A stretch of DNA of 43,740 nucleotides, from the IMG/VR virus record IMGVR_UViG_3300024988_000005; one strand, written 5' to 3'. Each line of letters opens with the position of its first letter. Position 1 is the stretch's first letter. The notes below the pieces were generated by a model. That model ran no database searches. It was given only the letters and a program-made list of their open reading frames with translations, and was not told the DNA's origin. The DNA is from a virus. The translations under genes and the position numbers were made by a program. Shown piece by piece: positions 34,875 to 42,224 of the stretch.

Positions 34875-35146
34875 GCAGACACTGCCGCATCGGTGACATC
34901 CGCCACGGGATGCTTGATGGTCAGCGCGTGCTCGCCGTCGCCGGGGCGGGTGAACATCACGATGCCGCCGGGCGCGAGCTCCGCCAGGTTGATCACCTTG
35001 CAGCCCTTCCACAGCCAGCCCTGGTACGGGCGCACGTCGAGCACCACGCCATCGGCGGCCACGTCCCATGCCAGGAAGTCCTGGCCGTGGTCGGCGAAGT
35101 GGATGGTCTTGGCCGCGGTGGGCGGCACCATGCCGGGCCGGTTCAT
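34871..35146 (-). CDS. Hypothetical protein (91 aa)
   Basis: ATGA overlap with the upstream stop. Confidence 0.5.
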   Translation of the reverse strand: MNRPGMVPPTAAKTIHFADHGQDFLAWDVAADGVVLDVRPYQGWLWKGCKVINLAELAPGGIVMFTRPGDGEHALTIKHPVADVTDAAVSA

Positions 35147-35496
35147 GCCGCACGCTCAACGCGGGCGCGCGGTTCGCAGTCCACGCCCTCGACCTCCACC
35201 AGCACCGCGATGGGCTGGTCGGCATGCAGGGCCACGGCACGGATCACCACGCGCTGGCCGCAGTCGCTGACCAGGCTCACCGGCTCGTAGCAGGTGAGCG
35301 CGCCCATGCGGTTGGCGCCGAAGTGCCAGTGCATGCGCAGGTCGAGGCCGGCGAGGCCACGGTGCAATTCCACGCGGCCGCACAGGCCGCTGGCGAAGCG
35401 CAACTGTTCTCCGACGCGCACCCAGCTACGGCGGCGCGCATCGGCGGACGGTACCGGCACGTGCCGGTTGATCATCTGGAACGTCACATCACACAC
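35143..35496 (-). CDS. Hypothetical protein (117 aa)
   Basis: Minus-strand ORF in the early operon. Confidence 0.45.
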   Translation of the reverse strand: MCDVTFQMINRHVPVPSADARRRSWVRVGEQLRFASGLCGRVELHRGLAGLDLRMHWHFGANRMGALTCYEPVSLVSDCGQRVVIRAVALHADQPIAVLVEVEGVDCEPRARVERAA

Positions 35497-35707
35497 GGGA
35501 CACCTCCCTGGCAGGGGCAGTGGCGGATGCGATCTGCCGTTGGCGCAGCGCCATCAGCTCGTCGCGGAAGAGAAGGAAGAGGCGCTGGCCGGCGCCGTCG
35601 ACATGCGCATGCGGGCCGATCGAGCGGGGGGACTCGACGACCTGCAGCCTGCCCGCCCGTACAGGGGGGGAGACCGACTGGCAGGTGCTGCGCTTATCGC
35701 CGGACAT
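35489..35707 (-). CDS. Hypothetical protein (72 aa)
   Basis: The only minus-strand ORF filling 35497-35693. Overlaps both neighbours. Confidence 0.35.
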   Translation of the reverse strand: MSGDKRSTCQSVSPPVRAGRLQVVESPRSIGPHAHVDGAGQRLFLLFRDELMALRQRQIASATAPAREVSRV

Positions 35708-36175
35708 CGGCCAGCGCCTCTAGGCGGACGAGCAGGCCGAGACCGGCACGGGCGGCGTCATCGAACGCCGCACGGATGGTCTCGACTTCCTCAGTGGTGA
35801 TGCGGCCGTCGCGCAGCGAATCGCGCACGGCCGACGCCATGCGGCCGATGTCGGCATGCATGGCGGCGTACTGGTCAAGAAGCTCCACGTCACTGGCGTC
35901 CGGCGAGCCGGCAATTGATAGGCGACGTGGTGCAGCGTCTGGGCGTAGGCGTGCAGGATCTGGAAGTCGTTGGCGACCAGCTGCACGGGAATGGACTCGC
36001 GCAGGGTCAGCTGGTGATCCTGCAGAGGGTTGGCCTTGTTGCTGAGCGTGGCCGGAAGCATGCCGACCTGCGGCGCCAGCGCCACGGCACCGCGGCGGCG
36101 CGTGGCGGGATCCACGTAACCGTTGACGGTCTGGTAGATCGCGTTCTCGACGGAGCCGTAGAGCTCGTCCTGCAT
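35694..36175 (-). pseudogene. CII-like (phage 186 CII / CP76 family) regulator split into two frames
   Basis: The N-terminal part (frame of 36175) has ...LSNKANPLQDHQLTLRE...ILHAYAQTL, resembling 186 CII. The family-like C-terminus (VELLDQYAAMHADIG...DGRITTEEVE...) is in the -1 frame and ends at 35694. The frames overlap openly around 35889-35925. Confidence 0.5.
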
Positions 36176-36304
36176 GTTGTGAACCCCCGATCCGTTCTCA
36201 CTTGGAGCGATCGAGGAACCCGGCTATGTTTCCGCCCGAAGCGTGCGTACAGCTACACTCCGCTTCGAGGGTCTCCCGCATGCCAATTGCCGAGCTCCTC
36301 ACCC

Positions 36305-36334
36305 GACCCCGGGCGGCTGCTACCGCCCGGGGTC
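36305..36334. terminator. Perfect 12-bp stem-loop in the 240-bp untranslated gap between the cro-like and cII-like genes
   Basis: GACCCCGGGCGG-ctgcta-CCGCCCGGGGTC. There is no clear U-run on the minus strand, so the function (terminator, nut-like or sRNA) is open. Confidence 0.4.
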
Positions 36335-36417
36335 ACTTCATTTCCAGCTGCTGCTACAGCTGCACAGCCTGTGGCGACAGCGTTCCCCATTACTGGGGAA
36401 ACCATCGCCTGATTCGA

Positions 36418-36615
36418 TCAAGCCGCCCTGAACAACGCCTCTTCCACGTAGCGCGCCAGCTGGAGTTCGCACTGGGCGCTCAGCGTGCGCTTCTCGGCCC
36501 GGGCCAGCTGTTCGAGCTTGGCCTTGAGCCCAACGTCCTCAAAACGTAAGGAAATACGTCGATCACGTTCCAGAGCGGAGCTCTTTTTCGCTGTTACGCT
36601 ATTCCGCTGTGACAT
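36418..36615 (-). CDS. Ribbon-helix-helix (Arc/CopG-like) Cro-type regulator (65 aa)
   Basis: ISLRFEDVGLKAKLEQLARAEKRTLSAQCELQLARYVEE fits a beta-strand plus two helices. Divergent from the CI-like gene. Confidence 0.55.
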   Translation of the reverse strand: MSQRNSVTAKKSSALERDRRISLRFEDVGLKAKLEQLARAEKRTLSAQCELQLARYVEEALFRAA

Positions 36616-36637
36616 AACCGCGCACCCTGTAATACAT

Positions 36638-36679
36638 CCCCACATATGGGGCTATGTCAGGATACTGCCCCACATCTGG
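36638..36679. promoter_or_regulatory. Putative operator pair in the divergent switch region (CCCCACATATGGGG and CCCCACATCTGG)
   Basis: A near-palindromic 14-mer at 36638-36651 and a half-site repeat at 36668-36679. The palindrome sits in the spacer of a CTGACA-N18-TGTATT minus-strand promoter candidate. Confidence 0.35.
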
Positions 36680-36684
36680 AACAA

Positions 36685-37446
36685 ATGCAAGTGGCGCCCA
36701 GGAAACCACCCGAAAACCCCATCGCACAGCGGCTTCTGTCCGTTTTGAATGGCCGGACTCCGTCTGCCTGGGGCGCTTCGGTTGGCCTGAGCAAGGGCAC
36801 CATGTCGCGGCTTTGGCAGGGAAGTGCCCCAGATCCGGGGAAACTGGTACCGGCGATCCGCATGGAACGCCTCTCGCTCAGCTGGCTGATTGATGGCCAG
36901 GGATCGCCGTTCTATGTGGCGGTACCGGTCGACGATGCCGACGCATCAAAGATGCTGCTGGAGATCGTCGGCGACGAGCCCAACACCAACATCTACGTCT
37001 GCTACTGCCGCCACGGCTTCGCCATCGTGCTGACCACGCCGGCCACCATGGAGCGGCCTGACGCCGGCAGCATCTACTACATCGCCACCACCGTCCTGGG
37101 CGGGCACGCCGTCGGCGTGGAGACGATCCACTGGGTGAAGACGTACATCCCACAGACCCCTGTGGCCATATTCGAGATGCCCGTGGGCGACTGGGTGCGG
37201 CTCGCTACCGGCAGGATGGGCAACCATGAACTCTTCGTCGAGCCCGGCAACATCAAGTCAGCCATCACTCTCCACGAAGGCGACGAAGAGAAGCTCGACC
37301 AGATCGTGCTGAGCGCCGACGGCGTCAAGGAGAAGGGTGCCGACTACCGCATCACCACCGCTCTCGACACCCTGCTGCATGCTGCCCCCGCCGACCGCGA
37401 AGCCATGTTGCGCGTGATCAGCTGGCTCGCCGCGAAAACACCCTGA
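36685..37446 (+). CDS. CI-like repressor with N-terminal HTH (253 aa)
   Basis: Divergent from the RHH gene. IAQRLLSVLNGRTPSAWGASVGLSKGTMSRLWQG is HTH-like. No S24 peptidase motif seen in the C-terminal domain. Confidence 0.55.
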   Translation: MQVAPRKPPENPIAQRLLSVLNGRTPSAWGASVGLSKGTMSRLWQGSAPDPGKLVPAIRMERLSLSWLIDGQGSPFYVAVPVDDADASKMLLEIVGDEPNTNIYVCYCRHGFAIVLTTPATMERPDAGSIYYIATTVLGGHAVGVETIHWVKTYIPQTPVAIFEMPVGDWVRLATGRMGNHELFVEPGNIKSAITLHEGDEEKLDQIVLSADGVKEKGADYRITTALDTLLHAAPADREAMLRVISWLAAKTP

Positions 37447-37501
37447 TCCAACCACCACGTAATGCTCGAAGTTCGCGTCCATAGCCCGGACTCGAATCGC
37501 C

Positions 37502-39163
37502 TCAATGCGCCCGCACCTCCCGCGGACATCCACGAACCAGCGCCAGCTCGCTAGGCAGCGGAACCCGGATTGCCATGGTGCGCAGTAAGCCAAGCTCGGG
37601 GCGCCATTTCCGCTTACTGCGCACCACCTCTTTCGGTGGTGCCAGCAAGCGATTCGGGTTGTAGCTGACTAGCAGCTCTTCCCCGTCCAGCGTGATGCTG
37701 TCGACGAAGCTGTTATAGAACGATCGGGTCCGCGCCGCGTTCTGATCATCCTTGACCAGGTTGTGCAGGAATCCCGTGAGCTCGTCGATTTCGACGCTGG
37801 TCATGCTGCTGGCCGGCGGCCGCTCGGCATCGATGGCCGCCAGGGCCGCCTCGGCATCCTTCTGCTTCGCATTGTTCTGGCGCAGCCTGGTGGTCATGTC
37901 GCCCAGGTTGGGGGCATCCTTTCCGTAGAGCTCCAACACCGAATAGAGCTTGTCGTTGGCCTCCTGCAGGCGGCCGATGGTGGCCAGCACCGCGGCACGC
38001 CGCTTGCGATGTTCGGCAGCCCAATTTCCGGCCTCGGCCTCCATCAGCTCAACGATGCTGGCGACGTTTCGGCGCGACAGCACGCGCTTCAGGATGACGT
38101 TCGACAGCCAGTCGTCGACCAGGTCAGCCCGGATGCGGCGCGGATCGCACTCCCGGTTCTGCATCGATCGTCGGCAGCGGTAGTAGAAGTACAGCTTTCC
38201 GCCGCGGCCGCGGCTGGTCTCGATCTGCATGCTGGAGCCGCATTTCCCGCAGCGCAGGATGCCCGTGAATGCATGGGTAGACTTCGGCGAGCCGTCGGCC
38301 TTGGTGATGTCCGCGGCTTCATCCATCAGGGCCTGCACCTGGTCCCACAGCGGCCGCTCGATGATGGCTTCATGGCTGGGCACCACGATCCAGTTGTTTC
38401 GGTCGCGCACACCGCGTGAGTTCCTTCCGCGGCGGCCGAAGACAATGTTCCCGATCATGACCTCATTGCGCAGTTCGTTGATCACGGTCTGCTTTGACCA
38501 TTTGGCACCGCGGCGCAGGATGCCGCGGCTGTTGAGCCAGGCGGCTATCTGGAAGGCGCCCTGGCCGTGGGCGCGCATGGCGAAGATCTCGCGCACCAGG
38601 TCGACCTCTGCCGGCACTGGCACCAGCTTGCGACGCTTCGGATTGTCCGGCGCGGGCAGCGATATATAGCCGAATGGTGCACGGCCGCCAACCCAGTAGC
38701 CCAGCCTGGCATTGCGCATCATTGATCGGCGTGTATCGGCGCTGATCCTGCGGCTCTGCAGTTCATTGAAGATCTCCATCACGCCATCCATCGCCCAGCC
38801 CATGTCGGTGGCGCGGTCGATCGGCGACGAGATGTAGACCAGTTGCACGCCCGCGTCGTCCAGCAGGCGCTTGTTCACCATGGCCTCGTATTTGTTGCGG
38901 GCGAAGCGGGCTGAATCCCAGCAGATGAAGTAGGTGGCCTCCATCGCGCAGGCCATGTCGATCGCGGCATCAAAGGCTGGCCGGTTCTTTTCCCGCCAGG
39001 CGCTCTTTGCATCGTCGGTGAACACGCGCAGCACGCGCGCGCCGAGCTCCGCGGCGCGACGCTCGCCGACCTCGATCTGGGTGGGTATGGAGACGTCCTG
39101 CTCCGATTGCTTGCGGTCGCTGACGCGGGCGTAGTTGACGCTGGTGATCTCTTTTTCGGCCAT
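37502..39163 (-). CDS. Large serine recombinase (553 aa)
   Basis: The N-terminal resolvase catalytic motif is YARVSDRKQ. Followed by a recombinase domain (GRAPFGY), a Cys4 zinc ribbon (CGKCGS...YYRC) and a coiled coil. Confidence 0.8.
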   Translation of the reverse strand: MAEKEITSVNYARVSDRKQSEQDVSIPTQIEVGERRAAELGARVLRVFTDDAKSAWREKNRPAFDAAIDMACAMEATYFICWDSARFARNKYEAMVNKRLLDDAGVQLVYISSPIDRATDMGWAMDGVMEIFNELQSRRISADTRRSMMRNARLGYWVGGRAPFGYISLPAPDNPKRRKLVPVPAEVDLVREIFAMRAHGQGAFQIAAWLNSRGILRRGAKWSKQTVINELRNEVMIGNIVFGRRGRNSRGVRDRNNWIVVPSHEAIIERPLWDQVQALMDEAADITKADGSPKSTHAFTGILRCGKCGSSMQIETSRGRGGKLYFYYRCRRSMQNRECDPRRIRADLVDDWLSNVILKRVLSRRNVASIVELMEAEAGNWAAEHRKRRAAVLATIGRLQEANDKLYSVLELYGKDAPNLGDMTTRLRQNNAKQKDAEAALAAIDAERPPASSMTSVEIDELTGFLHNLVKDDQNAARTRSFYNSFVDSITLDGEELLVSYNPNRLLAPPKEVVRSKRKWRPELGLLRTMAIRVPLPSELALVRGCPREVRAH

Positions 39164-39172
39164 GCTGGCAGT

Positions 39173-39610
39173 CTAGGCTTCGTCGAGGATGCGGCGAATG
39201 TGAGACGTGCTCGGCACGTCACTGGTGATAGAGGTGAGGTGCTGGCGGATTTGTTCCAGGTCCAGGCCTTCGGCGGCAAGCGAGCGCATCAGTTGGTTCC
39301 GCTGGTATCGCATGTACGTCGACAGCTTCGGAAGCACGATGCGATCGCGAGTGCCCGCTGCATCGACGGTGGCCAGCGCATGCCACAGCGCCATGAAGGC
39401 ATCGAAGCCGATGATGGCGGCCACCCGCGGCCACGGCTGCGGCAGCCCGATGCGCCGCAATTCGGCAAGCCGTGGATCCGCGGGCGGCGTCGGCGCCGAC
39501 GCGCCAAGGCGCGCCCCGTTTTTCGTGCAGACATCCTGGTACCCACCCCCGCGAGCTGGGGCGCGGGGCAAGGCTGCCGACCCCCCGGGTGCCGTGCCGG
39601 AGCGGCTCAT
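39173..39610 (-). CDS. Mor/C-family-like transcriptional activator (145 aa)
   Basis: The C-terminal IVLPKLSTYMRYQRNQLMRSLAAEGLDLEQIRQHL...IRRIL resembles Mu Mor (VYIPRG...RDLRIWNDFNGRNVSELTTRYGV...VYKAIRR). Recalled from memory, not searched. Confidence 0.4.
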   Translation of the reverse strand: MSRSGTAPGGSAALPRAPARGGGYQDVCTKNGARLGASAPTPPADPRLAELRRIGLPQPWPRVAAIIGFDAFMALWHALATVDAAGTRDRIVLPKLSTYMRYQRNQLMRSLAAEGLDLEQIRQHLTSITSDVPSTSHIRRILDEA

Positions 39611-39857
39611 GCTTGCCCCCTTACTACTATGCAGTAGCGGGTCCGCGCTGCGAGCTGCGTCTTTGTCGAATGAGGCGGCGTGGCGCTGGGCGTGGTTGCT
39701 GGATTTGCCCGGTCTACATCCACCACGAACTGCGCCTTATACGGGAGTGCGCAGTTAACACGACCAGTGCACTTAGCCCGCTCTCTTAACGAGCTAGTAA
39801 CAACTGCGCAGGCCCCGCCATATCTCACGGTAAGGTCTGGAACTGCCCCGGCGTCTT

Positions 39858-40961
39858 TCATTTATCAGGCCCAGTATGGGTGCGAGGAACGCGTGGATGG
39901 CGCTCTGCGGCGTCGATGCGGCGCAGATCCTCCAGCACCGGCGTTCGCAGCTTGCCCAGCGGGTTGGCCTTGTCGACGGTGCGTCGCAGCTTGCGCATCG
40001 CCAGGTGTGCGTAGATCTCCGTACTCTTCGGATCGTTATGCCCCATCAGTGCCTGGTTGGCGAAGAGGCTGGCGTCTTCCTCAGCCAGCTCGGTGCCATA
40101 GAGGTGTCGCAGCGCGTGCGGGTTGAGCTGGTCTGCTGGGATCTTCGCGGCAGCGCCATGCTTGGCCAGCAGGTCACGCACGGCATATTCGCTGATGCGC
40201 CGCGCCTCGCCGCGGTAATCGCACGCCGGCACCATGTGATTGGCCACCGTCACGAACAGCACGCGATCGCCATCCTCCAGCGTCCGGTCGATCTCGGCCA
40301 GCTCGGGGTGGCCAAGGTAGGCACGCAACAGCAGCGCCACCTCGCGTGGCGCCGGCATGTGGCGCTCCTTCGAGCCCTTCTCCACGACGCGGATCACCAG
40401 ATCCTCTCGGCCTTCGAACTCGGTCCAGATCATCGCCGACTCGTTCAGCGCGCAAATGCCGCTGATGCGCAGGCCGAGGCCCATCAGCACGGCCATGATG
40501 GCTGTATCGCGCAGGCCGAGAAACGTGGCCAGGTCGGGCTGGCGTAGCAGCAAGTCGGCATTGCTCAGCGTGATCGCTCGCGGCAACGGGCGCCCCGCCT
40601 TCGGATAGGGCAGGTGCTCAGCGACGTTCACCGGCAGCTTGCCCTGCGCATGCGCCCAGGCATAGAAGCCGCGCACGGCCGACACAAATACGCGGCGCGA
40701 GCGCGCGCCGATGCCCTGGCTGTGGCACACCATGCCGCTGAAGCGCTCCAGATCCGCCAGGGTCATGGCCAGCAGGTCAGACGTGCCGCAGCGCAGATGT
40801 TCGGCAGGCGGCGGCTCGATGCACCACTTCGCCAGGCGTTCAAGGACTGACTGGTACAGGTCGATCGTCTTCGGCGAACGGCCCTTGTTGAACTGCAGCC
40901 AGATCAGCCAATCGTTCACCAGGGCGTTGTAATGGTCGAGCTCGGCGGGGGGGACAGGCAT
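39858..40961 (-). CDS. int: Tyrosine integrase / XerC-D-like recombinase (367 aa)
   Basis: N-terminal SAM-like core-binding region. Catalytic GLRISG, HALRHLYGT and LMGHNDPKSTEIYAHL in order. Adjacent to a repeat-rich non-coding region. Confidence 0.8.
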   Translation of the reverse strand: MPVPPAELDHYNALVNDWLIWLQFNKGRSPKTIDLYQSVLERLAKWCIEPPPAEHLRCGTSDLLAMTLADLERFSGMVCHSQGIGARSRRVFVSAVRGFYAWAHAQGKLPVNVAEHLPYPKAGRPLPRAITLSNADLLLRQPDLATFLGLRDTAIMAVLMGLGLRISGICALNESAMIWTEFEGREDLVIRVVEKGSKERHMPAPREVALLLRAYLGHPELAEIDRTLEDGDRVLFVTVANHMVPACDYRGEARRISEYAVRDLLAKHGAAAKIPADQLNPHALRHLYGTELAEEDASLFANQALMGHNDPKSTEIYAHLAMRKLRRTVDKANPLGKLRTPVLEDLRRIDAAERHPRVPRTHTGPDK

Positions 40962-40989
40962 CGCACACCGGTTTCCGTGGAACTGATAT

Positions 40990-41020
40990 GACCGTGTGCT
41001 GCAACTTCCATTTAGTCAAT
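40990..41020 (-). promoter_or_regulatory. Core-only copy E of the promoter-like element (TTGACT-N15-CACACGGTCAT) upstream of int
   Basis: Same spacing and CACACGGTC box as copies A-D, but lacks the upstream GCAYGCTTTCCCG half. Confidence 0.45.
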
Positions 41021-41212
41021 CAGTTACGGTCCCACGCCGTTCCACGTTTTCCGTTCATCTTCCGTGGAAACCGTGGAACCCGATTTCAAACGGTTGTTTC
41101 AACCCGTGGAGCCGGCCTTCCTTCCTGCCTGCCCTTTCTTCTTCTTTCTATTCAATGACATGAGAGAGATAAAAGAGGTGTGACGTAGCGAAACGCAAGT
41201 GGAAGGAATGGA

Positions 41213-41275
41213 GCAAACCGTGGAACTTCCATCGCAAACCGTGGAATTGAAGTCGCGAATCGTGGATTGGTTGCT
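41213..41275 (+). repeat. Three tandem 21-bp direct repeats (GCAAACCGTGGAAnnnnnnnn)
   Basis: gcaaaccgtggaacttccatc / gcaaaccgtggaattgaagtc / gcgaatcgtggattggttgct. The 21-bp phasing equals two helical turns. Confidence 0.7.
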
Positions 41276-41635
41276 CTTAGAGAATCAATAGCTTACGCCA
41301 ATAGCCGAAGCCTATCACACGGCTCGTGGTGCTGCCCCCGCTTCCCTTCTAGCTGCGCGCGGCCCGGTTTCCACTCGTTGGGGGCGCGGGGGAAACAACG
41401 GGCAGCGCGGCGTGGCGCCGAAGTGGGCGCCGGCTGGCGATGGCAGGAAGTGGTGCCAGCAGTGCGCATGGCGGCGTACGCGCGGTTCTGGCGCACTCGC
41501 GGTAGCTGAGTGCGCAGAACTGCCCTGCAGCCGCCGTCATGTCGTGCTGACCGCGCTGGCGATATGAGATGCCGCAGTAGAAAAGCGCAGCGCAGGGTCG
41601 CAAGCCTTCGCGCGTGCGGCGCGGGGGAGGCTGAC

Positions 41636-41959
41636 CTAGCGGATGACGCCCTTGGCGCGCAGTTCAGCGCTGCAGGCGTGCTCGGCGCGCTGGGTGGTCA
41701 CCAGGGCGGTGTACTTCGCGATGGCCACGCGGATCCACGCATCCACCGCCGGCAGGCTGGCGGCGCTCAGAAGCGGCGGCACGTGCGTCAGTAGCGGCGC
41801 CGGCGGCGTGAGGTCACAGGTGAACGTCGGAGGCGGCTGCGGCGTTGGCGGCGTCGACGGCCTGGTCGAGCTCTGCTTGCACGCCTGCAGGGCGAGCACA
41901 CTGATCAGCAGGCACAGGACGGTCGCGGTAGATCGTGCGGATGCTTTCCACGGATGCAT
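41636..41959 (-). CDS. o-spanin (outer-membrane lipoprotein, 107 aa)
   Basis: Signal-like N-terminus ending in the lipobox LALQAC, followed by a Pro-rich segment. Starts inside the i-spanin gene in another frame. Confidence 0.6.
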   Translation of the reverse strand: MHPWKASARSTATVLCLLISVLALQACKQSSTRPSTPPTPQPPPTFTCDLTPPAPLLTHVPPLLSAASLPAVDAWIRVAIAKYTALVTTQRAEHACSAELRAKGVIR

Positions 41960-42224
41960 GGCTCTGTGCCTCGATGGCCGGCAATTGCTTGCCGAGGAAG
42001 GAATGCAGCGCCGTGCCGGCGACGGCGCTGAACTGGTCAAGCTGGGCGCGCTGCTGCTGCAACTGCGCCGCGGCGCGCGCATCGTCCGCCAGCACGGCAT
42101 CGCGGCCTGCCATCTCGCCGGCCGCGTAGCGGGTCGCGCCGTAGTGGGCGCGTTCGATCACGGCCCCGGCGATCAGCAGGGCCATCACCAGCGCGATCGC
42201 GGCGTACAGGTACAGGCGAGTCAT
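41814..42224 (-). CDS. i-spanin (136 aa)
   Basis: N-terminal TM helix (LYLYAAIALVMALLIAGAVI) plus an Ala/Gln-rich coiled coil. Overlaps the o-spanin gene. Confidence 0.6.
   Translation of the reverse strand: MTRLYLYAAIALVMALLIAGAVIERAHYGATRYAAGEMAGRDAVLADDARAAAQLQQQRAQLDQFSAVAGTALHSFLGKQLPAIEAQSHASVESIRTIYRDRPVPADQCARPAGVQAELDQAVDAANAAAASDVHL

Larger units (their letters stand above)
40962..41330. other. attP-like non-coding region with multiple CCGTGGAA-type repeats (candidate integrase arm sites)
   Basis: CCGTGGAA or variants start at 40975, 41062, 41071, 41104, 41218, 41239 and 41260, with an inverted copy at 41039-41046. The centre is AT-richer and carries a polypyrimidine tract at 41116-41153. 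Confidence 0.45.

Noticed and set aside
36202-36549. 115-aa plus-strand ORF in the cro-cII gap, overlapping the RHH gene.
   Set aside because: No SD and unconvincing composition. The region is dominated by hairpins, and part of the ORF is antisense to the RHH gene.
41300-41635. Search for a tRNA-derived attP core or an rho-independent terminator after the o-spanin gene.
   Set aside because: I could not identify a cloverleaf fragment or a clean stem plus U-run by eye. Left unannotated.
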